A stretch of 62,943 nt of DNA, filler included, from Folioceros fuciformis (taxonomy: Eukaryota), in NCBI GenBank assembly GCA_049999805.1. It is 15 parts of 15 records of this genome, joined end to end, with 100 filler letters (N's around TTAATTAATTAA, not from the genome) between each part and the next. Parts side by side here need not be neighbours in the genome. Positions count along the whole stretch, not along the records: positions 49,393 to 55,975 come from JBNGIO010002088.1; positions 56,076 to 59,171 come from JBNGIO010002089.1; positions 59,272 to 62,943 come from JBNGIO010002090.1; 12 more parts are not named here. One strand, written 5' to 3'. This document shows positions 50,248 through 62,200 of this stretch, one piece after another. The position numbers and the translations under genes were made by a program. The notes under the pieces are model-generated. The model was not told the origin of the DNA. It did no database searches and worked only from the letters and a program-made list of their open reading frames with translations. Each line of letters begins with the position of its first letter. Positions within the stretch are counted from its first letter, which is position 1.

Positions 50248-50718
50248 CTATATGTGTGATGGCTTAGGTTTGGAAGCAACAATTCGAGGGTGGGATGCAA
50301 TGAAGTTAATCACATCTACACTGCAAACAAATTTGTCTGTTTCTCTATTTGGAATTTCCAGGCCAAATTCTATCTCCAATCCCATGAGCAATTCGATAGT
50401 GTCCAAACTATCTAGCCCTAAATCTGGGGAGAACCTTGCTGTAGGACTCACCTTCTGAGGGTCCACTTTCTGCACAGCTTTCACTATTTTAAGCACTCGC
50501 TCTGTCACCATGTCCTTGTCCATGTACGTGCCCTTTGCATAGTAAGAGCTCTTTGTAGCCAAGCCTTTACGAGCTGTGCATATCACATTCCTTCCAATCA
50601 CAATTGGCAACACAGACTTCTCTGGGTGCACATGTGCTGATGTCTTTAACACCCCTCGTAAGGTAGAGGAAGATTTGCTATGAACCAAAGTTTGCAAGAG
50701 AGCTTGAAGTGGTGACAT
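50248..50718 (-). CDS. mtACP: Mitochondrial acyl carrier protein-like, intronless (probable retrocopy)
   Basis: Presequence followed by GTYMDKDMVTERVLKIVK..KVDPQKVSPTARFSPDLGLDSLDTIE..EFGLEIP..FIASHP. The phosphopantetheine Ser (DSL) is intact. Confidence 0.85.
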   Translation of the reverse strand: MSPLQALLQTLVHSKSSSTLRGVLKTSAHVHPEKSVLPIVIGRNVICTARKGLATKSSYYAKGTYMDKDMVTERVLKIVKAVQKVDPQKVSPTARFSPDLGLDSLDTIELLMGLEIEFGLEIPNRETDKFVCSVDVINFIASHPRIVASKPKPSHI

Positions 50719-52089
50719 CTCTGATCGCACCGAGGCCTCTTTTCATGAGCCCTAGTGTGTTATGGCTTCGGATGTCTCGTAAGCTTGTAGATGGAAGTTA
50801 GAAAGCTGAATGATGCATTCTGCCCATATTTGGCGACCTTGCTCCCCAAGCCTCCCAAGCAACATTTCTAGTTCGCGCTTCCGCTCACGATCCCTTGCCT
50901 TCTTACACTCTCTACCACCTACATATGTGCATTCAATTCTTATCTACCTTCCCATAAAATATCATGGGGTAATTGAACTTGCAGAACAAGAATACTCTAG
51001 GGAGGGAGAAAGTATGGAGAATGAAAGAGGATAGGTAGATACATATATGGATATCTTTACAATAGAAGTAATGTAAAATATATATATATATTCTTTACTC
51101 TTTTTAAAACTATATTTTGTATAATTTCTACTCATTTTGAACATAGTAATTTTCAATATACTTTATTCATAAAAAATCATTTTAACTCTTTGTCTTTTCA
51201 TATGTATGTTGAATTATCTTCATATACTCTTATTTAAATCTAAGATTGATTAAGTATATTTCCTAGTATTCATATTTATTTGCTAGGTTTGTAGTCTTTT
51301 TACTCTTTTTATCTACAATTATATATATATGTTATTTTTATCTTTACCAAATTATCTCTAAATTTCTTTCACAACTTGTGCAGTTTTTTCTTTTCTTTAC
51401 TCATTATTCTTTTTGATAAAATATATTTTGTTATATATATATATATATATATAAGACTTTTGTTATCTTCTTTATGGGGCCCTTCCTTCTACGTTGCATA
51501 GGAGTTTAATCTATGCCAAAGAAGTGCATTGCCGCTAAAGTAGGAGAGCTCATAAACACTTCAATCAAAGTATTTGAAAGGCTTGAATAAAGCTTGTATC
51601 TTCCACTATTGTTATCTATTCGACTCTATATTAGCTTAGGGTACTTTGCCAAACCTTAAAGCCAGTGCAATGTCTTATCACCTAAAACAAAAAAATTGTT
51701 AAGAACATGGGTGTGGCACGAAGTTAAAATACTTTTAAAAAGCTTTACCATGGTTTTGGCAAGAAGCTAAGGTATAGTTAAAAATTTTGTGAGATTGAAG
51801 TTAATAAAGTTTAATTTAACTTAAAATTAACTACAAAGTGTAACTGTTAGTTTATCGAGTCATTACATAAGCAACATAGTCTCATTGTAAATCATGCCTC
51901 ACTACTTATGCATGTGTCTATTAATATGCAATTAATGATATTGCTATGTGTACATAGTACATTACAATGGTGTAAATGTTGAGGTGTAGCCTTAGCCTTA
52001 ACCAACATAACTCTCGAAGCATCTCATGGGGACTGCTTGAGATGGTGTTGTCAATTGCAATCGGCAAGATTGGAAAAATTCCAAGGTAC

Positions 52090-52565
52090 AGACCATGAGG
52101 AGCTTAGAAAAGACCTTGCCTGTGAGCCCAAGGGGCTCTCAATGGCAAATCCAAATCCGGAAGGTGGAATGCAGATACTGCTTGCAAGGCATTTGAGCCC
52201 CACTCGGACGAGACTTTGACGTGCTTGTCACGGGAACGCCTGATACAGTAACTAGCACTCCGCAACCAAGATCGAGAGAGCTATCAGAGAGAATCGATAA
52301 GACTGCAGACCAGACACGGAGGGAGGCGCTCGATTCCTTTCGCAAGCAAAGCGAGTATCAACGTCTGGCTGATGCAGCAGCAATGAGGAAGCGCTTCAAG
52401 GCGGTGATCAACGGACGGCAGATTGGTGGATGGACTGGACTGTCTGGCCCTGCCCTCGGGGCAGCCATGGTGAAAGTTAAGGCATGTATTTTGGAACAAG
52501 ACGTGCTAGAGATGTCACTTGCAGACCTGGAGAGGCGAGTTAGACAAGTGCTGTTCACTCCATAG
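52090..52565 (+). pseudogene. C-terminal fragment of an unidentified helical protein
   Basis: The frame ending EALDSFRKQSEY..KAVINGRQIGGWTGLSGPALGAAMVKVK..* has coding-like composition. The 5' part is disrupted and abuts AT-rich DNA. Confidence 0.45.
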
Positions 52566-53538
52566 TTTGTAGGCCCACGGGCCAATTCTTGAATCTCGTG
52601 TTCAATAGGACAGACGACAAATCAGCTTCTTTGTTTCGGCCCTTCTCGTCTCGATGACATAGCTCCAATGCTACCAAAGCTGAAATCTGGTGCGCACATT
52701 GCTTGCTGTTGAATTGAAACTGAAATCTGCCGATGGATAGCGCCTTCGGCAGACGTTGTCATGTCCTCAGAACAGATTGCAGGGCCACGATAAGTAAGCC
52801 ACGTGAACGTAACGGCTGCCAGCGGCTTGCACCCTATCCACGAGCCGCTGACAGAAATTGATTGTAGCCTGATCAAGACTACTTTCCCCGATCCCACATC
52901 TCAAAGAACTTTGTGAGATGAGAGAAAACAATGGAAATGTAGACTAGTTGAGCCCGGGGGTAGCTTTAAATTTATTGAATGTGCAAGGCATTTCTCACCT
53001 CTCAGTCCATGTCCGTCCACTGTTCGGAGAGGACTTCAGTAACCAACGCTCATCTCTTCTCAGCAACTTGCAGGCCGTGCTCCATGAGCACATACGAGCA
53101 TGACAAAAACTCTTCACCTACTACAGTTTTTTGCAGTTCGCTAACAGGAAAGAAAAGCCCTGGGCATGGGGACTGGGGATCATCGGAAAAAGTTGTAGAG
53201 GTGGAGGTTCGCTGGGCTCACGAAGCCGTACTTCATCGACCGGTGTTCGCAACAGGGGCCGGATTACGATCGGCAACGAGGAGTATGGCGAATCTAGATT
53301 ACACGTCTCGCTTTGCCCTGGACATTGTGACTTGTGAAGGGCAGGCGGTACTACATGAAACCAGCACGAACACAAACACTTAAGTCTTCATTAAGGCCCT
53401 CAATTTTAGAGAGACGTTACTCAGCATATACAGTCAATGATGACCAGCAGCAGTGCAACGCCCGAGGCGAATTGGTCGCCGTGGTGACATCAAGTCCTAG
53501 GCTTCACAGGGAAGGCGATGCCTGCCTAATGGCTGTCC

Positions 53539-54117
53539 TCAGTACCCTTGATAGACGTAGTCGGTATGCAGCGGGGGAGCCTCGGAGGGTGCGGCTGGGA
53601 GTGGCGTTGGAGATAACAGCAGCGTTGTTGTTGAGATTGCAGGTGAATCGGTTGTTCCTCTGGTCAGACTTGCTCGCTCTTGGTTGGACAACTCAGAGGA
53701 AGCAAGAGTTGCCTTCACCTCATGATGCGAGTCCTGTCCACAACAACATCAGCCCCCACGTCACGAATCTCGTAGGACAACCCAAGCACAAAAACATGTA
53801 CGATGACTCCTGTAAATGCGCAACATGCAGATAGGAAGGAGGTAATTGAACGAAGGCTACCATCTTGCTCCCACGATCCAGGTTGAAAAATTCTTCTACG
53901 CGTTCAAGTTCTGCTGACGACAATGTTGATACTGCAGCTGCATAGCCAACACAAGTAGACATGAGATGAGGAAAGTCTTATACTAGTGAAAGCATGGGAA
54001 AGTGTCTTAGAAAGTGTAGCTAATACCTTTCTGGCTAAAGAGACGGACGCTGTGCACTGGAACATGCAGCAAGGAGAGACATATCTGGACAAGAAGGATC
54101 CAAACAGTGAGCCCCAT
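53539..54117 (-). CDS. Putative secreted sulfotyrosine peptide precursor (phytosulfokine-like), 3 exons, 120 aa
   Basis: Exons 54117-54027, 53937-53861 and 53733-53539 are joined by GT-AG introns with matching phases. N-terminal MGLTVWILLVQICLSLLHVPVHS signal-like segment. C-terminal LHTDYVYQGY*. Confidence 0.6.
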
Positions 54118-54979
54118 CTTCGGCAACTTCAGACAACAAGCCTACTCAACACAGAACTTCAGACTCTTGGTAGGACAACAAACTAAAAGAACTTCCACAA
54201 AGTAAGTATGTTCTACTCCAAAGTCCCAAACTCAACCTATGAATTGTGGTAGTCTATGCCAACATATATAGCCTTTTAGTTCGATTTATCTGTATTCTAT
54301 TTCGATGTTATATTATATTATATATATTTTAAGATTTATCTTTAAATTCTTTTAACATGAATAAGTTTATTTCAATGGATATAAATTCTAGTCCAATTTT
54401 ACATTAGTTTTTAAGATTTACGTTTAGACCCTTAATATAGATGTCTAACACTAATCTTATAATGCATAACACTTTGACTGAACACATCAATTCTTATTTT
54501 CTCGAACCTAGTACCTAGTAGAACTCAACATGCTTGTTTTAAGTCAAGTCTTTGGTAACAATATTTGTACGCATGTCGATTATGTCATCTGTAATTTGAA
54601 TTGACTCGATGCATTATTGCAATGTGATTTATCCTTGTGTTTGTGTGAGAAGTACCATTCTTGGCTAAGTAACATAACATTAGTAGGCATGTCATTTATG
54701 TCATTCATAATTTGAATTGATCAACCTCTTCCATGACTTGATTACGAAAAGTTAAAAAGTGTTTTCAACTATATGATTAAGAAGTTCATCAGTATGTACA
54801 AAGTAACATGAATCGACAAAACAAAAGTCTCCATGAAGTGATAGTATTCTACAACCACTAGCAATGATTAGATCCATTCCATTGATAGAGAAATTCAACG
54901 TGAAATGTTCAATCAAAACAACTCTTGTCTCGTCACCGTCAAAATGTAATCCATGTTAAGCTTATGCCCAAGTTACCTA

Positions 54980-55468
54980 TCATCCTACAACTATCTCTAT
55001 ATCATCACGTGTGGGTATAAAAACATTTTCTATGTCAAGAAGAGATCTATCAAGGGGACAAGTTTTGGAAGTTAGAAACCACGAATCAATGCACATCCGA
55101 TGGAAGATATGTGAACATTGTGATAGTTCTCGAACTTCTTGTGTATCTTTCAAGTCTTGAAGACATATACAACATTCTTCTATATTGGCGTTCTCCTTCT
55201 TATACAAAATGCTTGGACTTATTTCATTGAATACATGCACATCAAGGTATTGTTCCTGCGCAATGAATTTTTCATGTGTAGCATCTTGACCCATTTCGTC
55301 TTGAAATAATTCTGAAGAAGACAAAAGCAAATCTGCGCATGCATGGAGGCACATGATTGCCAAGATGAGCAAAGTAATGCTCAATAAAGCAAATGTCCAC
55401 ATAGGTGAACACATCACCATTTCATCCAGAGCATAATTTAGGATATGATCAAAATAATTTAAAGACAT
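54980..55468 (-). CDS. Intronless ATL-like RING-H2 protein with N-terminal transmembrane helix, 162 aa
   Basis: Hydrophobic WTFALLSITLLILAIMCL, then ECCICLQDL..VRELSQCSHIFHRMCIDSWF..KTCPLDR (last Cys replaced by Asp). Confidence 0.8.
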   Translation of the reverse strand: MSLNYFDHILNYALDEMVMCSPMWTFALLSITLLILAIMCLHACADLLLSSSELFQDEMGQDATHEKFIAQEQYLDVHVFNEISPSILYKKENANIEECCICLQDLKDTQEVRELSQCSHIFHRMCIDSWFLTSKTCPLDRSLLDIENVFIPTRDDIEIVVG

Positions 55469-55786
55469 GATGATTAATATAACTCAATAAATATTTGTTG
55501 GTAAAACCTTCACTTAAATTGGAATAAATATAGCAACGTGTGCATACATATATAGATGTAAATAATAAGATTTTCTTGATAAACGAAACATGTGCAAATA
55601 TGATTCTCTTAAGTGTGTTTCGCTTCTTTTGTGGTCTTTTTCTTTGGAAGGTTTTCGTTTTTAGATCATTTGGATTGTTGCCTTGTTTTTATGCAACCTA
55701 CCTCAAAACTATGTTGAAGATTAGGAATTGAGTATTATTAGGGTATTTATTATGGGTCCTCCAACTATGGGCCTATGCTTAGAATA

Positions 55787-55975
55787 TCCCTATCACTCAC
55801 ACTTTCAGATGCAAAACCCTTCCTATCACTCACACTTTCAGATGCAAGACCCTCCCTATCACTCACACTTTCAGATGCACTCACACTTTTAGATGCAAGA
55901 CCCTCCCTATCACTCACACTTTTAGATGCACTCACACTTTCAGATGCAAGACCCTCCCTATCACTCACACTTTCA
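55787..55975. repeat. Compound 33/18-bp tandem repeat running into the gap
   Basis: CCCTCCCTATCACTCACACTTTCAGATGCAAGA with CTCACACTTTYAGATGCA sub-units. Confidence 0.9.
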
Positions 55976-56075
55976 NNNNNNNNNNNNNNNNNNNNNNNNN
56001 NNNNNNNNNNNNNNNNNNNTTAATTAATTAANNNNNNNNNNNNNNNNNNNNNNNNNNNNNNNNNNNNNNNNNNNN

Positions 56076-58750
56076 AGAGGGGGCGTGGAGGCGGATTCAA
56101 ATGCGTCTTTGTCCACCAGTTCCGCGGAAGGGGACGTGGTGTGCTGGGAGACGGCCGACGGGGCCGGCTGGAAGTACGTCGGGGGCCACAGTGGGAAGAA
56201 GTGGATTCAGGTTGTGGATATGCAGCAAAACCACAATCTTGTTGCGGTGAGTGAGTGGGATTCGGCCGCGCCTATGTGCCGTGATTTGGTTAGGATGACT
56301 GGGACTGGTTCGTGAGCTTGTGTGCTTAGTGTGCCGCTTTGCATTGCATCGCATCGCAGGATACGCTGGCATTCTTGAGGTCGTACATGGTTCCGGAAGG
56401 GTACCCCGAGAGTGTGGCCCCAGCCTACACGCCGTATATGCAGTGGCGTGCAATCCAGGTATGGCAGGAGGCTCGGCCCTGCTCCGCTCCGCTCTGTAAT
56501 CCTCTTTTTCCGCGTGCTCGATCTTGAGCTGACTGCATAGTTCAGGATGCTGGATGCGACTGAATGGCACAGCCTCTGGACGGTGCTTTTAAGCAAAATG
56601 CCTGGCCGTGTGGGCCTTTGGTCTTATTTTGTCCGTGGAAATTGGTCGCTATCACAGCATTTCTTTGGTGGTGCCATGAGCGTTTTCACCACACGCTCAT
56701 TGCTACACGCGCTGGGTGTCACTCGCGCTGGATCAGCATCGTCTGCCGTTGCAGTCAACTGGGTTATTAAGGTTGTCTCCTTGTCCAGTGCACACTCATA
56801 TTGCCCTCGCTGAAATCATGTCTGCCTGCTTCCTGCGCGATTTAACATTTGAAAGAAAATTTTTCAGGATGGCGCCGGTCGAATAGGTAAAATGCTCTTT
56901 GCTCGGCACGGGAAGAAGTTTGATTGCGACCTCAAGCAGGTATACTCTCAGAGCTATTCCAGCGGGGACAACTCGTGCGTGAAAGGTTGTGACCTGAGTC
57001 TTCTGAACCGCAGCTCCGATTTGCTGGGGACCTCCTGATGGAGTTGGGTGCTGGGGTAGAGCTAGCCACCATGGCCCTACCTGGTCTTTTCCTCCCTCTT
57101 GCGTGTGCTGCTAATGTTGCCAAGGTAAAACATGCAGGCTGAGCTCTTGTCCTTGTCTGCTCATGTCTGTGTTGCTCAAGTTGGCTGACCAATAATTGTT
57201 TAGGATCAATCCTGAGTGCTTTGAACGTTGCAGAATGTGGCAGCTGTAACATCCACATCAACGAGGGCTCCCATTTATAAGGCCTTTGCGCAAAGGGAGA
57301 ACATTGGAGACGTAACGGCCAAGGGAGAATGTATAAGCAACATCGCAGATCTGGTGGGTGTGCTGAAAACTTGTGTCATTGAAAGAAACAAAATACTGCC
57401 GGAACGCGAATGGGACTCATGTTTGCTTCTTCTCAATGTTACTGCAATCAGCTTGGAGCAGGGCTGGGCATTTTTTTATCTAAACAGAACCCACCACTAG
57501 CTGCTACGTTCATGGCACTCTCGTGCGGTTATCTGATCAGCTCATATAAAGAGGTGGGATCTGTTGTATGCGCTTAAGGTCCCGGTTACAATGGTGACTT
57601 CGCTCCGGAGTGACCGTTGAAATTGTTCTGTTTCAGGTCAAAGCTGTGATGTTGCCTACGTTGAATCGTGCAAGATTTGGCGTTGCTGTCCATTCCTTCC
57701 TCGATTCCGGTCAGCTGTGCCGTCCTATGCATTGATGTCACGAGCATGTGACGGTCAGTTGTGGAGTCCCTCCATATGAAATATCAAATCCTTCAATTTT
57801 GAAAAAGGCTTGTTTTTCTACTTTCAGGAAAAGTTCCTTCATTGGTAGAAGCAAATGAACGAGAGTACATTATCAAGGGCCCATGGTCACAAGAAAAGCC
57901 TTTAGAACTGGGTACGAGGAATTGAGTTATCTGTCGTGAAGCTCATCTCTATGGCATTGTGTGGAAATTGATCGAGCATTCAGGTGAGGAGTAGGCATTT
58001 CATTTTGGAGAGCAGTCAAGTTGTTAAGTGCATTTCATCTGGGACTCTGCAGGAGCCCGTATTTACGAAGCTTTTTCCTCCATGCCCGAGTTCTCCTCAT
58101 ATCAACGTTTGTTTGAGGTATAGTTACCGGCCCTCGAAGCTCACGAGGGTATGTATAATTGCTGTCTCAAAAGAGTTGGAAACATGACGAGCTCTTGTTG
58201 GTTTCTACAGAAAGAGAATTACATTATCAACTATCATCCGGCAAGAAGGCGTGCATATGTTGTTCTCAAGGATGCAGCGACTTGCGATGATGTTTTACGG
58301 GCAGCATTCCATGTACTATTTCATGGCTGTTTTCTCCTCCTGGTTAACAGTAGCTGTTTCCGTTTCCAGATGTTGGTTGCGTATGTGCTGAGCCTTTCCT
58401 GTACAGGGTCACGTGCTTTTGCATTTGCTACGTGAAACAAGGTTACCGAACACCACGGACAGATTGTCGAATGGACTCCCTTCTACTAAGGAAGCAGTAC
58501 TTGGCAAAAGGTGGAGCAGGGAAGCTAGTGTTGAAGCTGTAATTGCCGAGAGTTTTAACTCCATTGGGGACCTATTTGAAAATTTCAAACAGGGTGCCAA
58601 AGCTCAGGTAAAGCAAAAGATCGGTTGTATATTTCTGATGGTTGTGTGTTTTCATTTGAAATGCTGAGCTTGGTATGTACGCAGGGCTGGGTCATGGGCG
58701 ACTCTCTGTTGAACCCTGGAGATGCGCGGATGCTTGTCAAGGCCACATAA
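56076..58750 (+). CDS. RUS6: ROOT UVB SENSITIVE 6-like (DUF647), multi-exon, 5' end truncated by the gap
   Basis: YMVPEGYPESV..YMQWRA, HFFGGAMSVFTT, AVNWVIKDGAGRIGKMLFAR, LRFAGDLLMELGAGVELAT and NVAAVTSTSTRAPIYKAFAQRENIGDVTAKGE. Ends GWVMGDSLLNPGDARMLVKAT*. Confidence 0.92.
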
Positions 58751-59271
58751 TTTTGAAACAATGCCATTGGGTAGCGTTATCATTAGGAGCTCAGTGAAAT
58801 GTAAGGGGGGCTGGAAGCTGACTTGGCACACGGTGGAGAGACCGTCCAGGAGCGAAGTTCAAAGATTGAATTTTAACCAGTTCAGGCTTCGTGTTAAGGT
58901 GTTCTGTGCACCAGAAAGACAGACGGGAAACATCCGAGGGAGAGCTGGATCTTAGTTGGTTTAGAAGTAGTATGTGGACCGGACGCGTGATGTTTATCAC
59001 TTGCAAGTTTACCCTGTTGACAATCCATTCTGTGCAGCCTACTCCTTTTTAGGTAGAGTTCCAGTAGCATCGAGAAGTCATGGAAAAAAAAATTACTATT
59101 ATTATCATGATTATCATTTCTCATTAAAGACGAAGGATATAAAAAGTTAGTCAATTTTCTATGGTGTTCACNNNNNNNNNNNNNNNNNNNNNNNNNNNNN
59201 NNNNNNNNNNNNNNNTTAATTAATTAANNNNNNNNNNNNNNNNNNNNNNNNNNNNNNNNNNNNNNNNNNNN

Positions 59272-62200
59272 TAACAATATTATACAGATTATGTAGAAAT
59301 AAATCACATCATTAAGTAATTACATTGTATATCAAGAAAGGGGTTAAAGTGCTTATGTATAAAAGACAACTTAAACTAAATGTGAAAAGACATAACGTTT
59401 CTCAAGCGACGTAACCCTAATGAACGGTCATGTACTATAGCTTTAACTAAACCGAATTAATACAACCCTAATCATGACTCCAACACATCTATTCTGTTAC
59501 TCCCACTTGTTGATCATGATTTCTGAATTTTACAGTCCTCCGAGTCTGCTGCAGGCTGCCCGTGGAACTGGAGTTCAGCTGGTGTATTGATTCTTCTAGC
59601 GCCATAGCCCGCTACTCTTGTAACTGGTTACGCCCCAGCTTCTAGCAAGATCTGAGCAAGATGCCTTGTTCCAGTGTGAAGACGGCACAAATGAGGTGCG
59701 CCTTCCTCTTAACGCTGGCATACTTCCTGAGTCTCTTACTCTCTGAGGTGCTAGAGCTCAAGATTGCTGCGCTTTTCACCATGTCTCCGTCCTTGTCAGA
59801 GTCCGATGCTGCTCCCAAGCGCCGAGCTCAACCTCGTGACGCCCTGGGCAGATTTGCTGCACCGAGAACAACTGCCCAAGTGAGCTCTGCTGCTGCAAAG
59901 CTGGCAAAGAGAGGAAAGAGGACGCCCCAAGGGAACCACGAAAGCTGTCTTAGAGCAAAGAAGAGCCGCAGCTGACAAGTCCGTGAAGAAGCATCCCGTT
60001 TAGGCTAAGTACCAGTATTCTGAAGATGAATCTCAGCCATCACCACCTCTGAAATTTCCTAGGCCCAACAATTATCTACAGGAGACTAAACTGGTGAGTT
60101 GTGCAACTCTTGCTCGTCCTCAAACGCGAATCTGGTACAAGACCTGTGACTATGGAAAAGTTGAGGTCATCATGAAGCGTGTTGATGTGCGTTCCTGTCG
60201 CACCTACCCAGGGCACGTTGTAAGCATATATCATAAGTCCCCTTGCCGTTTACATCCTGCTGTGTTTCCATTTATGCTGACCAAGCCTTAGCCATCAATT
60301 GCTAACTACTCCCACTGTCTCCCGAAGGTTCCAACTTGAGGATTGAAGAAGAGGAAGACCTTGAAACAGAGGAGAGGATTTCCTATGAAGAGCGTAGGAA
60401 ACGTGATTCTCCAAGGTCTGATGAGAGTTTCTCATCTGTTAGCGACTACGGAAAAGATTCATATGAGGATGAATCTCCCTCAGAGTCTTTACAGTCTGGA
60501 GAGGAAATTGACTTCGGTTACTCCTCATATCCTAGTTTTGACTCTGGTTTTTAGGTTTGCTTGGATTAGACCTTGTTGGTAGTTGAGGTCAAGAACTCGC
60601 TTGAGTCCCCAAGCCCCAAACTCTGAACATGTTTGTTGTGGAGCTTTCGACTGAGAGCCTTGGTAAGTATGTCCGCAGGATTGTCTTGAGTCGGTACATA
60701 TTGCAGTTCAATTTTTCCTGCTGTCACCAGACCTCTGATGTAGTGGTATTCGACCTCCACATGTTTCGTGCGTGCATGAAACACCGGGTTCTTAGCAAGT
60801 GACATGGAACCCTGATTGTCTGTGTTAATTGCTATACAGGTGGGAATTGGTATACCCAAGTCCTGGAAGAGTAACTTGCACCACACAATTTCTTTAGCTG
60901 CTGCCGTCAGGACTCTATACTCTGCTTCAATCGAGGATAAAGCCACAGTGAGCTGTTTTTTGCTCGACCAACAGACTGGTCCTCCAACAACTGATATGAC
61001 ATAGCCAGAGACAGATTTTCTGCTGACAATATCACCAGCATAGTCAGAGTCTGTGAAGACTTCGAGGTCTAGGGGTTTTCCCTTCTCATGTTTGTATCTG
61101 ATGCCCATGTTGGTTGTGCCTTTGAGGTATCGGAGGACACGTTTCAAACTAGTCCAGTGCTCTTGACCTGGATTCTCCAAGAATTGCGAGAGTACGCTTG
61201 TGGTGTAGGCAACTTCTAACCTTGTCGTGTTTGAAGCATATCTCAGCTTCCCAACACCCTACTTGTAGGGAATTCCCCTCGTATGTTCCTTTTCTTCTTG
61301 TGTTGAAGGGAACATGAGCTTGCTAAGCCTCAGTCCTGTGGGCATGGGTGTTGCAGCAGGTTTGGCATCCTTGAGGCCAAGTTGCTCTGCACTTTCCAGG
61401 AGATATCTAGGCTGTGTAAGTGTCATAATCCTAGCCTGCCTATTTATTTGTATGTGTATACCAAGGCAGCTATGTAAAGGTCCAAGACTGGACATTTTGA
61501 ATCTCTTAGCAAGCATGTCTGTTATCTTCTTAATAAAGTCCTGGCTGTTGCTTGACAGAATCAAGTCGTCAACGTATACTGCCAGGTAACAGATTACATC
61601 TTCTTTTCTGTAAATGTAGAGGCTACCGTCTGCAAGGCTTTTAGTGAAATCTAGGGCTTGGAGTTCTGAGTCCAACTCTGCATTCCACTTCATAGCAGAC
61701 TGTTTAAGACCATACAGACACTTGATAAGTCTACATACATGGTCCTCTTTCCCTTCCACCTCAAATCCAGGAGGTTGCTGCATGTATATCTCTGTGTCCA
61801 GCTTTCCATGCAAGAAGGCTGTTTTCACATCATACATTTGCAGTTCATAATCATTGTATGTTGATACTGCAAGGAGGACACGGAGTGTGGCTAGCTTTAC
61901 AACGGGAGCGAAGGTCTCTAAGTAATCAAGTCCAGGAATCTGAGAGAATCCTCTTGCTACTAGCCTAGCTTTGTACCTGTCAAAGGTACCATCAGCTTTC
62001 ACCTTTAATTTGAAGACCCATTTACAAGACACCATTTTTCTGCCAGGGGGTAATTTTGCTATCTCCCATGTGCCATTTTCTATGAGCGAGTCATATTCTA
62101 ACTGTATAGCTTTCTCCCACTCCTTGTGATCAGCTCTAGTCAACGCCTCAGCATAGGTTTGAGGTTCTATGGGATCAAGAGAGGTTGCAGCATTGACCCT

